Below, one piece after another: positions 1 through 7,825 of a DNA stretch of 29,019 nucleotides. The stretch is taken from NCBI GenBank assembly GCA_035315605.1, contig DATFXS010000836.1, forward strand, positions 1-29,019, in the 5' to 3' direction. The stretch's first letter is position 1, and each line of letters begins with the position of its first letter. A program made the translations under genes and the position numbers. The notes below the pieces were generated by a model. The model was not told the origin of the DNA and made no database searches. It saw only the letters and a list, made by a program, of their open reading frames with translations. The DNA is from Polyangia bacterium. Lineage in GTDB: Bacteria; Myxococcota_A; Polyangia; Fen-1088.

Positions 1-773
1 CTGGTGGTGTTCTGCGCCTCGTCGAGGATGACGAACGCGTCGTTCAGCGTCCGCCCGCGCATGAACGCGATCGGCGCGACCTCGATCAGGCCCCGCGAGA
101 CCAGCTGGTCGGCCTTCTCGAAGTCCATCATGTCGTGAAGCGCGTCGTAGAGCGGGCGCAGGTAGGGCGAGACCTTCTCCTCCATGCTGCCCGGCAGGAA
201 CCCGAGCCGCTCGCCCGCCTCGACCGCCGGGCGCGTCAGCACGATGCGCTTGACCTGCTTCTCCATCAGGGCGCGGATGGCCAGCGCCATCGCCAGGTAG
301 GTCTTGCCCGTGCCCGCCGGCCCGATCCCGAACACGATGTCGTGGGCGCGGATGGCGTCGACGTAGCGCTTCTGCGCCAGCCCTTTGGGCGCGATCGGCC
401 GGGCGCGCCCCGCCACCAGGATCGTGTCGTGGAAGACCTCCCGCAGATCGACGCCCGCGTCGGCGCGCAGCGCGACCGCCGCCCGGCCGATGTCCTCCGG
501 GCTGATCGGGGCGCCACCGCGCGCCATGCCGTAGAGCTGCTCGACGAGGCTGCGCGCGATCGCGACGCTCTCCTCCGGGCCGACGATGGTCATCTCGTTG
601 CCGCGGGTGTGCAGCTGGGCGCCGGTCTCGCGTTCGATCAGCTTGAGGTTCGTGTTTCGCTCGCCGCACAGCGCGAGCGCGACGCGGTTGTCCTCCAGGG
701 TCAGGCGTTCCGTAACGGCTGCGGCCGTGTCGGATGGGCGCGGGGCCGGCGTTGCTTTGTCTGCCAACGGCAT
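1..773 (-). CDS. phoH: PhoH family ATPase, 3' end runs off the window
   Basis: Manual translation of the minus strand from ATG at 773 (not in the ORF track): Walker [55 protein letters not shown]. Confidence 0.95.
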   Translation of the reverse strand, partial: MPLADKATPAPRPSDTAAAVTERLTLEDNRVALALCGERNTNLKLIERETGAQLHTRGNEMTIVGPEESVAIARSLVEQLYGMARGGAPISPEDIGRAAVALRADAGVDLREVFHDTILVAGRARPIAPKGLAQKRYVDAIRAHDIVFGIGPAGTGKTYLAMALAIRALMEKQVKRIVLTRPAVEAGERLGFLPGSMEEKVSPYLRPLYDALHDMMDFEKADQLVSRGLIEVAPIAFMRGRTLNDAFVILDEAQNTT

Positions 774-835
774 CTAGCTAGCATGCGCCCGGCGCAGCTT
801 CAAACGGGCGGATTTGAGGCTAGACTGCGCCGGCC

Positions 836-1678
836 TTGGCTGACTCCAAATCCCCCACCCTCCCCGACCTGACGCCGCTGCCGGGCAAGCAGACCGGCGC
901 GGAGGTCAGCAAACTGGTGGGCCTGATGCAGCGCCTGCTGGCGCCCGAGGGCTGCCCCTGGGATCGCGAGCAGACCCTGGAGACGCTGGTGCCGTACCTG
1001 GTCGAGGAGACGTACGAGGTGGTCGACGCGCTGGCCGCCGGCGACGTCGACGAGCACCGCGAGGAGCTGGGGGATCTGCTGCTGCAGATCGTCTTCCAGT
1101 CCGAGCTGCGCTTCGCCGAGGGCAAGTTCGGCATCGACGACGTCGCGCGCGGCATCGTCGCCAAATTGGTGCACCGCCACCCGCACGTGTTCGGCGACGT
1201 CGTCGCCAAGGACGCGGACGCGGTGCTGGCCAACTGGGCGAAGCTGAAGGCCGCCGAGAAGGCCGAGAAAGGCAAGCACGGCGCGCTGCACGGGATTCCC
1301 ACCAGCGCCCCGGCCCTGCTGCGCGCGACCCGCGCCGGCGAGAAGGCGGGCGCGGTCGGGTTCGACTGGCCTGACGCCGACGGGCCGCGCGCGAAGGTCG
1401 ACGAGGAGCTGGCGGAGCTGGACGCGGCGCGCGCGGGCGGCGATCGGGCGGCCCTGCAACGCGAGCTCGGCGACGTGCTGTTCGCGCTGACCAACCTGGC
1501 CCGCAAGCTGGGGCTGGACGCCGAGCAGGCACTGCGCGACACGATCGATCGCTTCTCGTCACGATTCCGTCACGTGGAGCTGGCGCTGGCCGCCGACGGC
1601 CGCGCGGTCAGCGACGCCTCGCCCGACGAGCAAGAACGACTTTGGCAGGCCGCAAAGCGCGCAGAAGGGTTAAAGTAG
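836..1678 (+). CDS. mazG: Nucleoside triphosphate pyrophosphohydrolase MazG (tandem domains)
   Basis: GCPWDREQT, EETYEVVDAL, EELGDLLLQ, RHPHVFG, GFDW, and second-domain ELGDVLFA. TTG start is uncertain. Confidence 0.95.
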   Translation: MADSKSPTLPDLTPLPGKQTGAEVSKLVGLMQRLLAPEGCPWDREQTLETLVPYLVEETYEVVDALAAGDVDEHREELGDLLLQIVFQSELRFAEGKFGIDDVARGIVAKLVHRHPHVFGDVVAKDADAVLANWAKLKAAEKAEKGKHGALHGIPTSAPALLRATRAGEKAGAVGFDWPDADGPRAKVDEELAELDAARAGGDRAALQRELGDVLFALTNLARKLGLDAEQALRDTIDRFSSRFRHVELALAADGRAVSDASPDEQERLWQAAKRAEGLK

Positions 1679-1687
1679 CGGCCCGAA

Positions 1688-1993
1688 ATGGCCAAGTCGC
1701 CGCCCCCGTTCGACTGGATGGAACCGCGCCGGAATCCGGACCGCGGCAAGGTGGAGAAGGCGCGGCGCGAGGCGATGTACCGCGGCGAGCTGGAAGAGCG
1801 GGCGGCGCTGCTGCAGCGGCTCGGTTACGACCGCGGCAAGACGCGCGCCCGGCTGGCGGCGAATCTGGCCTGGGATTTCCCGATCGGGGCCCGCCCGCTG
1901 GACGACGCGGCGCTGGATGCGATTGTCGACAAGCTGTTCAACGGCGCGGCGTCGGGCCGCGTCGCCCCACGCGGCAAAGGAGGAACGCGATGA
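1688..1993 (+). CDS. Hypothetical protein, 101 aa, probably helical
   Basis: Fills the gap between mazG and the next gene; its stop overlaps the next start (ATGA 1990-1993); amphipathic helical pattern. Confidence 0.75.
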   Translation: MAKSPPPFDWMEPRRNPDRGKVEKARREAMYRGELEERAALLQRLGYDRGKTRARLAANLAWDFPIGARPLDDAALDAIVDKLFNGAASGRVAPRGKGGTR

Positions 1994-2868
1994 CGAGAGC
2001 GCAAGCATGGCTAGCTTCGATGATGGTCGCGGCGATCGCGACGGTGGGCGCGGGATGCGGCGTCGATGAGGACGTCCACAACGCGGTCCTCAAGGATCGC
2101 GACGCGCAGAAGCAGAAGCTGGCCGACACGCAGGCGGCGCTCGACAAGGAGAAGGCGGCGCACAAGACGGACGTCGCCAGCCGCGACGCGCGCGTGCAGC
2201 TGCTGACCAAGAAGCTCGAGTCGATGGGCGAGGACGTCTCGCGCCTGGAGACGGAGCGCGGCACCAAGGCCGCCGAGCTGCAATCGAAGGACGCCGAGCT
2301 GGAATCCACGAAGAAGCGCATGGAGGAGCTGCGCAAGGCGAAGGCGCAGGCCGACGAGCGCGCGGCCCAGTTCCGCAAGCTGGTGACGCAGTTCAAGAGC
2401 CTGACCGACGCCGGCAAGCTGCAGGTCGAGATCCGCGAGAACCGGATGATCGTCCGCCTGGGCGACAAGATCCTTTTCGATCCGGGCAAGACGGACCTGA
2501 AGCCGGAAGGCAAGGACGCCCTCAAGCAGGTGACCGCGGTGCTGAAGTCGCTGCCGAACCGGAACTATCAGATCGCCGGCCACACCGACAACGCGCCGAT
2601 CAAGAGCGCGAAGTTTCGTTCGAACTGGGACCTGTCGACGGCGCGCGCCGTCGAGGTGCTGAACTTCATGGTCACCTCGGGAATGGAGCCGAAGCGTGTC
2701 TCCGCCGCCGGCTACGCGGATACGTCGCCGGTCGCCGCCAACGACACCCCGGAGAACAAGGCGAAGAACCGGCGCATCGAGATCACGCTGGTCCCGAACC
2801 TCGACGACCTGCCGCCGATCGACGAGGCGCTCAAGGAAAACAAGGAAGGCGGCGGCGCCGCACCGTAG
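1990..2868 (+). CDS. OmpA/MotB-family peptidoglycan-binding lipoprotein with a long coiled coil
   Basis: SD AAGGAGG before ATG 1990; lipobox-like VGAGC; K/E/A-rich heptads; C-terminal GHTDN, NWDLSTARA, NRRIEI motifs. The track start at 1642 is overextended. Confidence 0.9.
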   Translation: MTRAQAWLASMMVAAIATVGAGCGVDEDVHNAVLKDRDAQKQKLADTQAALDKEKAAHKTDVASRDARVQLLTKKLESMGEDVSRLETERGTKAAELQSKDAELESTKKRMEELRKAKAQADERAAQFRKLVTQFKSLTDAGKLQVEIRENRMIVRLGDKILFDPGKTDLKPEGKDALKQVTAVLKSLPNRNYQIAGHTDNAPIKSAKFRSNWDLSTARAVEVLNFMVTSGMEPKRVSAAGYADTSPVAANDTPENKAKNRRIEITLVPNLDDLPPIDEALKENKEGGGAAP

Positions 2869-2990
2869 CGGCCCCTCTCCCCGACCCTCTCCCCGCTTCG
2901 CGGGGCGAGGGGGAAGGAAATGGGCTTCGTCGTCACGACTCCGATCCCCTCGCCCCGCGAAGCGGGGAGAGGGTTAGGGAGAGGGGCCGC
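2868..2990. repeat. REP-like inverted doublet: two 45-bp arms (2868-2912, 2946-2990) around a 33-nt spacer
   Basis: The arms are reverse complements with 2 mismatches; each has an internal CCCCGC-TTC-GCGGGG hairpin; lies between convergent genes. Confidence 0.9.
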
Positions 2991-2994
2991 GGCG

Positions 2995-4020
2995 CTAGGG
3001 GACGACGGCTTCGAAGGCGGAGACGGGCACCATCTTGAGGTCGTTGATGGTGTCGGGCCAGTTCGTGTTGACCTCGCTCTGGAAGTAGAAGGTGCTCGAG
3101 GAGCCGCCGTTGTCGGCCAGGATCAGGCCGTACTTCTTGAACGCGCGCAGGAAGATCTGCACGGTCGGATCGAAGCCGCTGATGTCGTAGCTCGCCTTGA
3201 GGCGGACGCGCAGGCCCATCGGCGGGCCGGGCGGCTTGCTCGAACAGCTGCCCGGCACCGCCTGGTGCGTGGCGGGCGCGACGCGCGCGTCGGCCGTGCA
3301 CGGCAGGGTGAACCGGATCGCGTGCGTGATCGCCCCGGCCATCACCTCCTCGTAGCGCGCCAGGCCCGCGTAGATCGACAGCCCGGCCGCGTCGGCGGAT
3401 GTCCAGCCGTCGGGGCGCTGCCCCTCGCTCTTCTTGGTCAGATCCCAGATCGCCCCGTTCGAGCAGTGCCAGGCGTCGGTCGCCAGGTGGCAGGCGTAGC
3501 CCTCGTAGACTTTGCACGCCCCCATCTGCACGACGAGCACGTGGCAGTCGCCGGAGCAGTTCGTCGGATCGCTGGTCCCCTCGACTTGCACGACGCCTGC
3601 TCCCGGGAACGGATACGGCCCCGGATCGCTCTCGTCGGGGTAGTCGTCGAAGACGATCGGGACCTTGGGCTGGCTCTGCGGCACGATGGTGATCGGAATG
3701 CCGAAGTCGGTGCCGAAGTCGGGGTGAATCGGCGTCGTCATGCCGATCAGGTTGTACATCTTGGTCGTGTTGGCGCTGTCGACGGCGTGACCCGACACGT
3801 CCTCGTTCCAGACGTCGTCGGGCGTGAACAGCGCGCACCCCGACGACCCGATCACCTGCCCGCCCGTGTTGCCGGTGCCGGCGCTGCCGCCCGTGCCGGG
3901 GTTGCCGGTGCCGCCCGTGCCGGGGCTGCCGCTGCCGCCGCTGCCGCCGGTGCCGGTGCTGCTGTTACTGCTGCCGCAGCCCACGGCCGCGATCATCAAG
4001 AACAAGGTCAGTCGTCGCAT
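2995..4020 (-). CDS. Secreted lipoprotein with Gly/Ser/Thr linker and an uncharacterised globular domain
   Basis: ATG 4020, MRRLTLFLMIAAVGC lipobox, GTGGSGG linker, then a domain with HPDFG, DESDPGPYP, WTSADAAGL, HAIRFT, ILADNG. Confidence 0.85.
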   Translation of the reverse strand: MRRLTLFLMIAAVGCGSSNSSTGTGGSGGSGSPGTGGTGNPGTGGSAGTGNTGGQVIGSSGCALFTPDDVWNEDVSGHAVDSANTTKMYNLIGMTTPIHPDFGTDFGIPITIVPQSQPKVPIVFDDYPDESDPGPYPFPGAGVVQVEGTSDPTNCSGDCHVLVVQMGACKVYEGYACHLATDAWHCSNGAIWDLTKKSEGQRPDGWTSADAAGLSIYAGLARYEEVMAGAITHAIRFTLPCTADARVAPATHQAVPGSCSSKPPGPPMGLRVRLKASYDISGFDPTVQIFLRAFKKYGLILADNGGSSSTFYFQSEVNTNWPDTINDLKMVPVSAFEAVVP

Positions 4021-4026
4021 GCGGTT

Positions 4027-4032
4027 ATCATA
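4027..4032 (-). promoter_or_regulatory. -10 hexamer TATGAT, 6 nt before ATG 4020 (leaderless-type promoter)
   Basis: Minus strand reads TATGAT-aaccgc-ATG with no SD. Confidence 0.6.
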
Positions 4033-4052
4033 CACCCGCACAAGCCGCGTGT

Positions 4053-4619
4053 TCACGGCCCGGAGCAGTCCGCGAGACGTGCGAGGCCCCACTTCGGGTT
4101 CCGGCCGTCGAGCCCCGGGAGGTTGTCGGCGTAGGGATCGTCTTTCAGCCAGATGCCGATCCGCCCCCCCGGATGGAAGAAGGTCTTCGGCGCGACGTCC
4201 CGATTGGCCGCCACGCATGCATCGAAGTCCTGGAATCCCCCGGCGCCTACCAGGAACCCGATCGTGCCGGGCGCCTCGGTCCTCCGATCGGCCGGCGTCT
4301 CACTGATGATCCACCAGTTGCAGCAGCCGGTCTCGTCGTACGCGTTGACGGCCCAGCCCTGATAGCCGCTGTACTTCATGCAGCCGTCGACGTAGCTGAC
4401 CTCATACGGCCCCGACGGAAGGGGCGACCCTCCGTTGAAGTAGACGGGCGTCGCGAAGAGATCCGGTGTGGCCGCCGTCGCCACGCTGACAGCGTCGCCG
4501 TACGGGCACTTTCCCGTTCCGTTACCGGGACCGCACCTGATATCCATCGTGGCGCGGGAGCAGCCCGTCATCGTCATGGGCGCGCACGCGACCAGGCCCG
4601 CCAGCACCGCCACGCGCAT
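4053..4619 (-). CDS. Cys-rich hypothetical exported protein or lipoprotein
   Basis: GAGG SD before ATG 4619; hydrophobic N-terminus with MTGC; 9 Cys; upstream TGc-TAGCGT -10-like element. Alternative GTG start at 4637. Confidence 0.7.
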   Translation of the reverse strand: MRVAVLAGLVACAPMTMTGCSRATMDIRCGPGNGTGKCPYGDAVSVATAATPDLFATPVYFNGGSPLPSGPYEVSYVDGCMKYSGYQGWAVNAYDETGCCNWWIISETPADRRTEAPGTIGFLVGAGGFQDFDACVAANRDVAPKTFFHPGGRIGIWLKDDPYADNLPGLDGRNPKWGLARLADCSGP

Positions 4620-4649
4620 CGTCACCTCGACACGCACGCTAGCACCGAA

Positions 4650-5381
4650 TCAATCGGCGAGCAGCCGCGACACCTCGTCGCTGTAGCGCTCGGTCTCCCC
4701 GTGGACGATCAGCGGAGGTTCCAGCACCAGCGGCCGGCGGCCGGCGCGCTCCGCCTCGATCAGCACGCGCGATGCCGGCTCGCCTGCGCGCGGATAGATC
4801 GGGCGCAGCCGGCAGGGCGTCAGATCGTGCTCGTGCAGCGCCGCCAGCAGCTCGGAGGCCCGTTCGGCGGGGAAGATCGCGGCCACCCGACCGCCGGGAC
4901 GGACGGAGCGCGCGGCGCACGCGACCCATTCGTCCAGCGCGAGCGCGATCTCCTGGTGGGAGAGCGCGCGCTCGTCGTCGGGCGGCCGGCGGCTGCCGGT
5001 CAGCGTCCGGTACGGCGGGTTGGTCGCGACGAGGTCGAACGCCGCCGCCGCGATCAACCGATGCCGGGCGCGCACGTCGCCGGCGACGATCTCCAGGCGC
5101 GGCTGCCAGCCGTTGGCGTCGCGCCCGCGCACCGCGAGCGCCGCCAAACGCGGCTGCAGCTCGACGCCGACGCCGGTCGCCGCCGGATCGCGCGCCAGCA
5201 GCAGGAACGACAGCGCGCCGGTCCCGCAGCCGATGTCGAGGAACCGGCCGTGCGGCGGAGGGAGAAATCCTTCCAGCAGCACCGGATCCAGGCTCATCCG
5301 CGCGCCGCGGGCCGGCTGGAAAATTTTTACACGCCCGGCCCGCAGCGTGTCGGAGGTGATCGCCTCTTCGTCGGCGCTCAC
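4650..5381 (-). CDS. trmN6: tRNA1(Val) A37 N6-methyltransferase family (TrmN6/YfiC-like)
   Basis: LDIGCGTG SAM motif, GVELQ, TNPPY, ERALSHQE; GTG start overlaps the upstream stop (GTGA 5381-5378). Confidence 0.85.
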   Translation of the reverse strand: MSADEEAITSDTLRAGRVKIFQPARGARMSLDPVLLEGFLPPPHGRFLDIGCGTGALSFLLLARDPAATGVGVELQPRLAALAVRGRDANGWQPRLEIVAGDVRARHRLIAAAAFDLVATNPPYRTLTGSRRPPDDERALSHQEIALALDEWVACAARSVRPGGRVAAIFPAERASELLAALHEHDLTPCRLRPIYPRAGEPASRVLIEAERAGRRPLVLEPPLIVHGETERYSDEVSRLLAD

Positions 5382-6685
5382 AACCGCGGTCGGGGCGCCG
5401 CGCCGTCCAGACGGTACATCACCAGCCCGGTCGCCAGCTTGGGCAGGAAGTACGTCGACTTCTGCGGCAGCACGAACCCGGCCTCGCAGGCAGCCAGCAC
5501 CTGCTCGACCTTCGTCGGGTTCATGAAGAACGCCGCCTGGACTTCGCCCCGATCGACACGCGCCAGCGCCTCCGCCGTATCGTGCGTGTAGGTCAGGAAC
5601 GACTGCTTGGCCAGCGCCTCCGCGCCGATGTTCAGCAGCGGCCCGAGAATCACGCCGTGGAGCACGGTGACGTCCAGGGTGCGCAGCGCGGGCGGGCCCA
5701 GCGCCGACAGGTCGAGGATCGGCTTCAGCGCCAGCCAGGTGGTCGGCCGACGGCCCGGCGCGCGCACCGCGAACACGACCCGCTCGGCCCCGTCTCGCGT
5801 CAGCCGCGCCTCGATCGCCTCGGGCGTCGTCTCGTCGCCCTCGGTGACGTCGAAGGCGGCGGCGGCGGCCGCGCACAGCCCGTCGAAGCTGAAGTCGGGC
5901 AGGTCCTTGATCAGGCGGTGCGTCGGCAGCACCAGCAACCCGGGATCCTCGGCACGCGCCAGGAACATCATCGCGTAGTCCGACGCCGCCGCGCCCGCCG
6001 CCAGATCCAGCGGGCGCAGCTCCGGCGCCAGGCCCAGCATCGTCTCGTAGCGGTGGTGGCCGTCGGCGATCAGGATCTGCCGATCGGAGAGCTGCACGCG
6101 CAGGCCATCCAGCGCCGCCGCCGACGTCATCGGCCACAGGCGATGGCGAACGCCGTCCGGCGTCGTCGTGTCGACCGCGGCCGCCCCTTCGGCCGCTTGG
6201 TCGATGATCGCCCGCGCGGTGCCGGCGGCGTCACGGTACAGGCCGAACACGGGCGAGATCTGGGTGCGCGTCGCCAGCAGCAGCCGCCGGCGGTCCTCTT
6301 TCGGCGCCGATAGCGTCTTCTCGTGCGGCAGCACCACGCGCCGCTCGAACGGCTCTAGGCGAACGGCCGCGAAGAACCCGCGCCGCGTGTAGCGCTGTCC
6401 GGCGTGGCTGAATTGCTGTTCGTAGAGGTAGAAGGCGTCGCGCGCCTCGGGCTGGAGGATCCCTTCCGTCGTCCAGGACCCGAGCAGGCGCGCCGCGGTC
6501 GTGTAGCGCGTGTCGTCGTTGCCCCGCGGCAGCTCGAGGCGGACGATGTTCTCGGGGTGACGCGCCTCGAGATCGCGGCGCTCGTCCTCGCCGATCACGT
6601 CGTACGGGGGACAGAGAACGCGGGCCAGATCGCCGACCCGCTCTGTCGCGTAGCGGAGGCCGGCAAAAGGAGAGATGTCCGCCAT
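5378..6685 (-). CDS. DUF1015 family protein (ParB/Srx-like core)
   Basis: CPPYDVI, PHEKT, IADGHHRYET, LVLPTHR, PQKSTYFLPKLATGL. Confidence 0.9.
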   Translation of the reverse strand: MADISPFAGLRYATERVGDLARVLCPPYDVIGEDERRDLEARHPENIVRLELPRGNDDTRYTTAARLLGSWTTEGILQPEARDAFYLYEQQFSHAGQRYTRRGFFAAVRLEPFERRVVLPHEKTLSAPKEDRRRLLLATRTQISPVFGLYRDAAGTARAIIDQAAEGAAAVDTTTPDGVRHRLWPMTSAAALDGLRVQLSDRQILIADGHHRYETMLGLAPELRPLDLAAGAAASDYAMMFLARAEDPGLLVLPTHRLIKDLPDFSFDGLCAAAAAAFDVTEGDETTPEAIEARLTRDGAERVVFAVRAPGRRPTTWLALKPILDLSALGPPALRTLDVTVLHGVILGPLLNIGAEALAKQSFLTYTHDTAEALARVDRGEVQAAFFMNPTKVEQVLAACEAGFVLPQKSTYFLPKLATGLVMYRLDGAAPRPRL

Positions 6686-6696
6686 GATCGCCTCGC

Positions 6697-7302
6697 CTAA
6701 CCCTTACCACGCGACAGCGCGTCGGGATCAACTTCGATCGCACCGCGGCGCAAAATTTCCAGTAAAGGGCCGCGCACGCGGACCAGCGTGCTGGGCGCGC
6801 CGCCGGCCGTCGCGCCGCCGTGCACGACGCGGCAGCGCCCGGCGAAGATCTCCTCGACCGCCTCGTCGGTGGTCGCGGGCGCCTGCCCGGCCCGGTTCGC
6901 GCTGGTCGTGGTCAGCGGCCGTCCCAGCCGCGACACCAGCGCCTGCGCCGTCGGGTGCGACGACTGGCGCACGGCGATACACCCGTCGTCGATCAGCGCG
7001 CTGGGGAGATTGCTGCGCGCCGGCAATGCGATCGTCAGCGCCCCCGGCCAGTACCGCCGCATCAACTCCTCGGCCAGCGGCGGCACGACGCTGCAGACGC
7101 TGTCGACCATCGCCCGCCCGTCGACCAGCACCGAGATCGCCTTGCCGTCGCGTCCCTTGAGCGCGCGCAGCCGCGCCAGCGCCAATTCGTCCATGGCGTC
7201 GACGCCCAGGCCGTAGAACGTCTCGGTCGGGTACGCGATCACCTCGCCCCGTTGCAACGCCGCCACCGCGAATACCAGCTCTTCGTCGAACGCGTGCGGC
7301 AT
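6697..7302 (-). CDS. tsaC: L-threonylcarbamoyladenylate synthase, single-domain TsaC/YrdC type
   Basis: YPTETFYGL, LKGR, WPGALT, TSAN, PSTLV motifs. Confidence 0.93.
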   Translation of the reverse strand: MPHAFDEELVFAVAALQRGEVIAYPTETFYGLGVDAMDELALARLRALKGRDGKAISVLVDGRAMVDSVCSVVPPLAEELMRRYWPGALTIALPARSNLPSALIDDGCIAVRQSSHPTAQALVSRLGRPLTTTSANRAGQAPATTDEAVEEIFAGRCRVVHGGATAGGAPSTLVRVRGPLLEILRRGAIEVDPDALSRGKG

Positions 7303-7327
7303 CTCCGTTGCCCGATTCGGCCCCGCG

Positions 7328-7825
7328 TCACTTGCCGCCGCGGACTTCGGCGTCGCTGTCGAGAACCTTCTTGCGGCGCGCAGCGCGCTCGGCCTCGACG
7401 CGTTTGGCCAGCTCGGCGTCGCCCAGCGCGATGATCTGCGCCGCCAGCAGGCCCGCGTTCTCGGCGCCGCCGATCGCGACCGTCGCGACGGGCATGCCGG
7501 GCGGCATCTGCACCGTCGACAGCAGCGAATCGAACCCGCCCAGGCTGCCCGAGACGACCGGGACGCCGATGACGGGCCGGATGGTGTGCGCCGCGACCGC
7601 GCCGGCCAGGTGGGCCGCGCCGCCCGCGCCGCAGATGAAGGCCTTGCAGCCGCGCCGGCCCGCCTCCTTGACGAACGACGCCGCCTCCTCCGGTGTGCGG
7701 TGCGCCGACAGCACGCGCACCTCCACCGCCAGCCCCAGCCCCTCCAGCACCTTCGCGGCCGGACGCATGGTCTCCAGGTCGGACTTCGACCCCATCATGA
7801 TGGCGACGTCGATTCGATCACTCAT
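7328..7825 (-). CDS. purE: N5-carboxyaminoimidazole ribonucleotide mutase
   Basis: MGSKSD, SAHRTP, AGGAAHL, SLLSTVQMPPGMPVATV. Confidence 0.97.
   Translation of the reverse strand: MSDRIDVAIMMGSKSDLETMRPAAKVLEGLGLAVEVRVLSAHRTPEEAASFVKEAGRRGCKAFICGAGGAAHLAGAVAAHTIRPVIGVPVVSGSLGGFDSLLSTVQMPPGMPVATVAIGGAENAGLLAAQIIALGDAELAKRVEAERAARRKKVLDSDAEVRGGK

Noticed and set aside
135-872. 245-aa plus-strand ORF over phoH
   Set aside because: Antisense shadow of phoH, whose motifs are clear on the minus strand; long shadow ORFs are expected at high GC.
1990-2868. Flagellar stator MotB
   Set aside because: It has a lipobox-type signal and coiled coil rather than the MotB transmembrane Asp motif; no motA or flagellar genes are adjacent.
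7328-7825. purE without an adjacent purK as evidence of a class II enzyme
   Set aside because: The AGGAAHL motif looks class I, and purK may lie elsewhere; this cannot be judged from the window.
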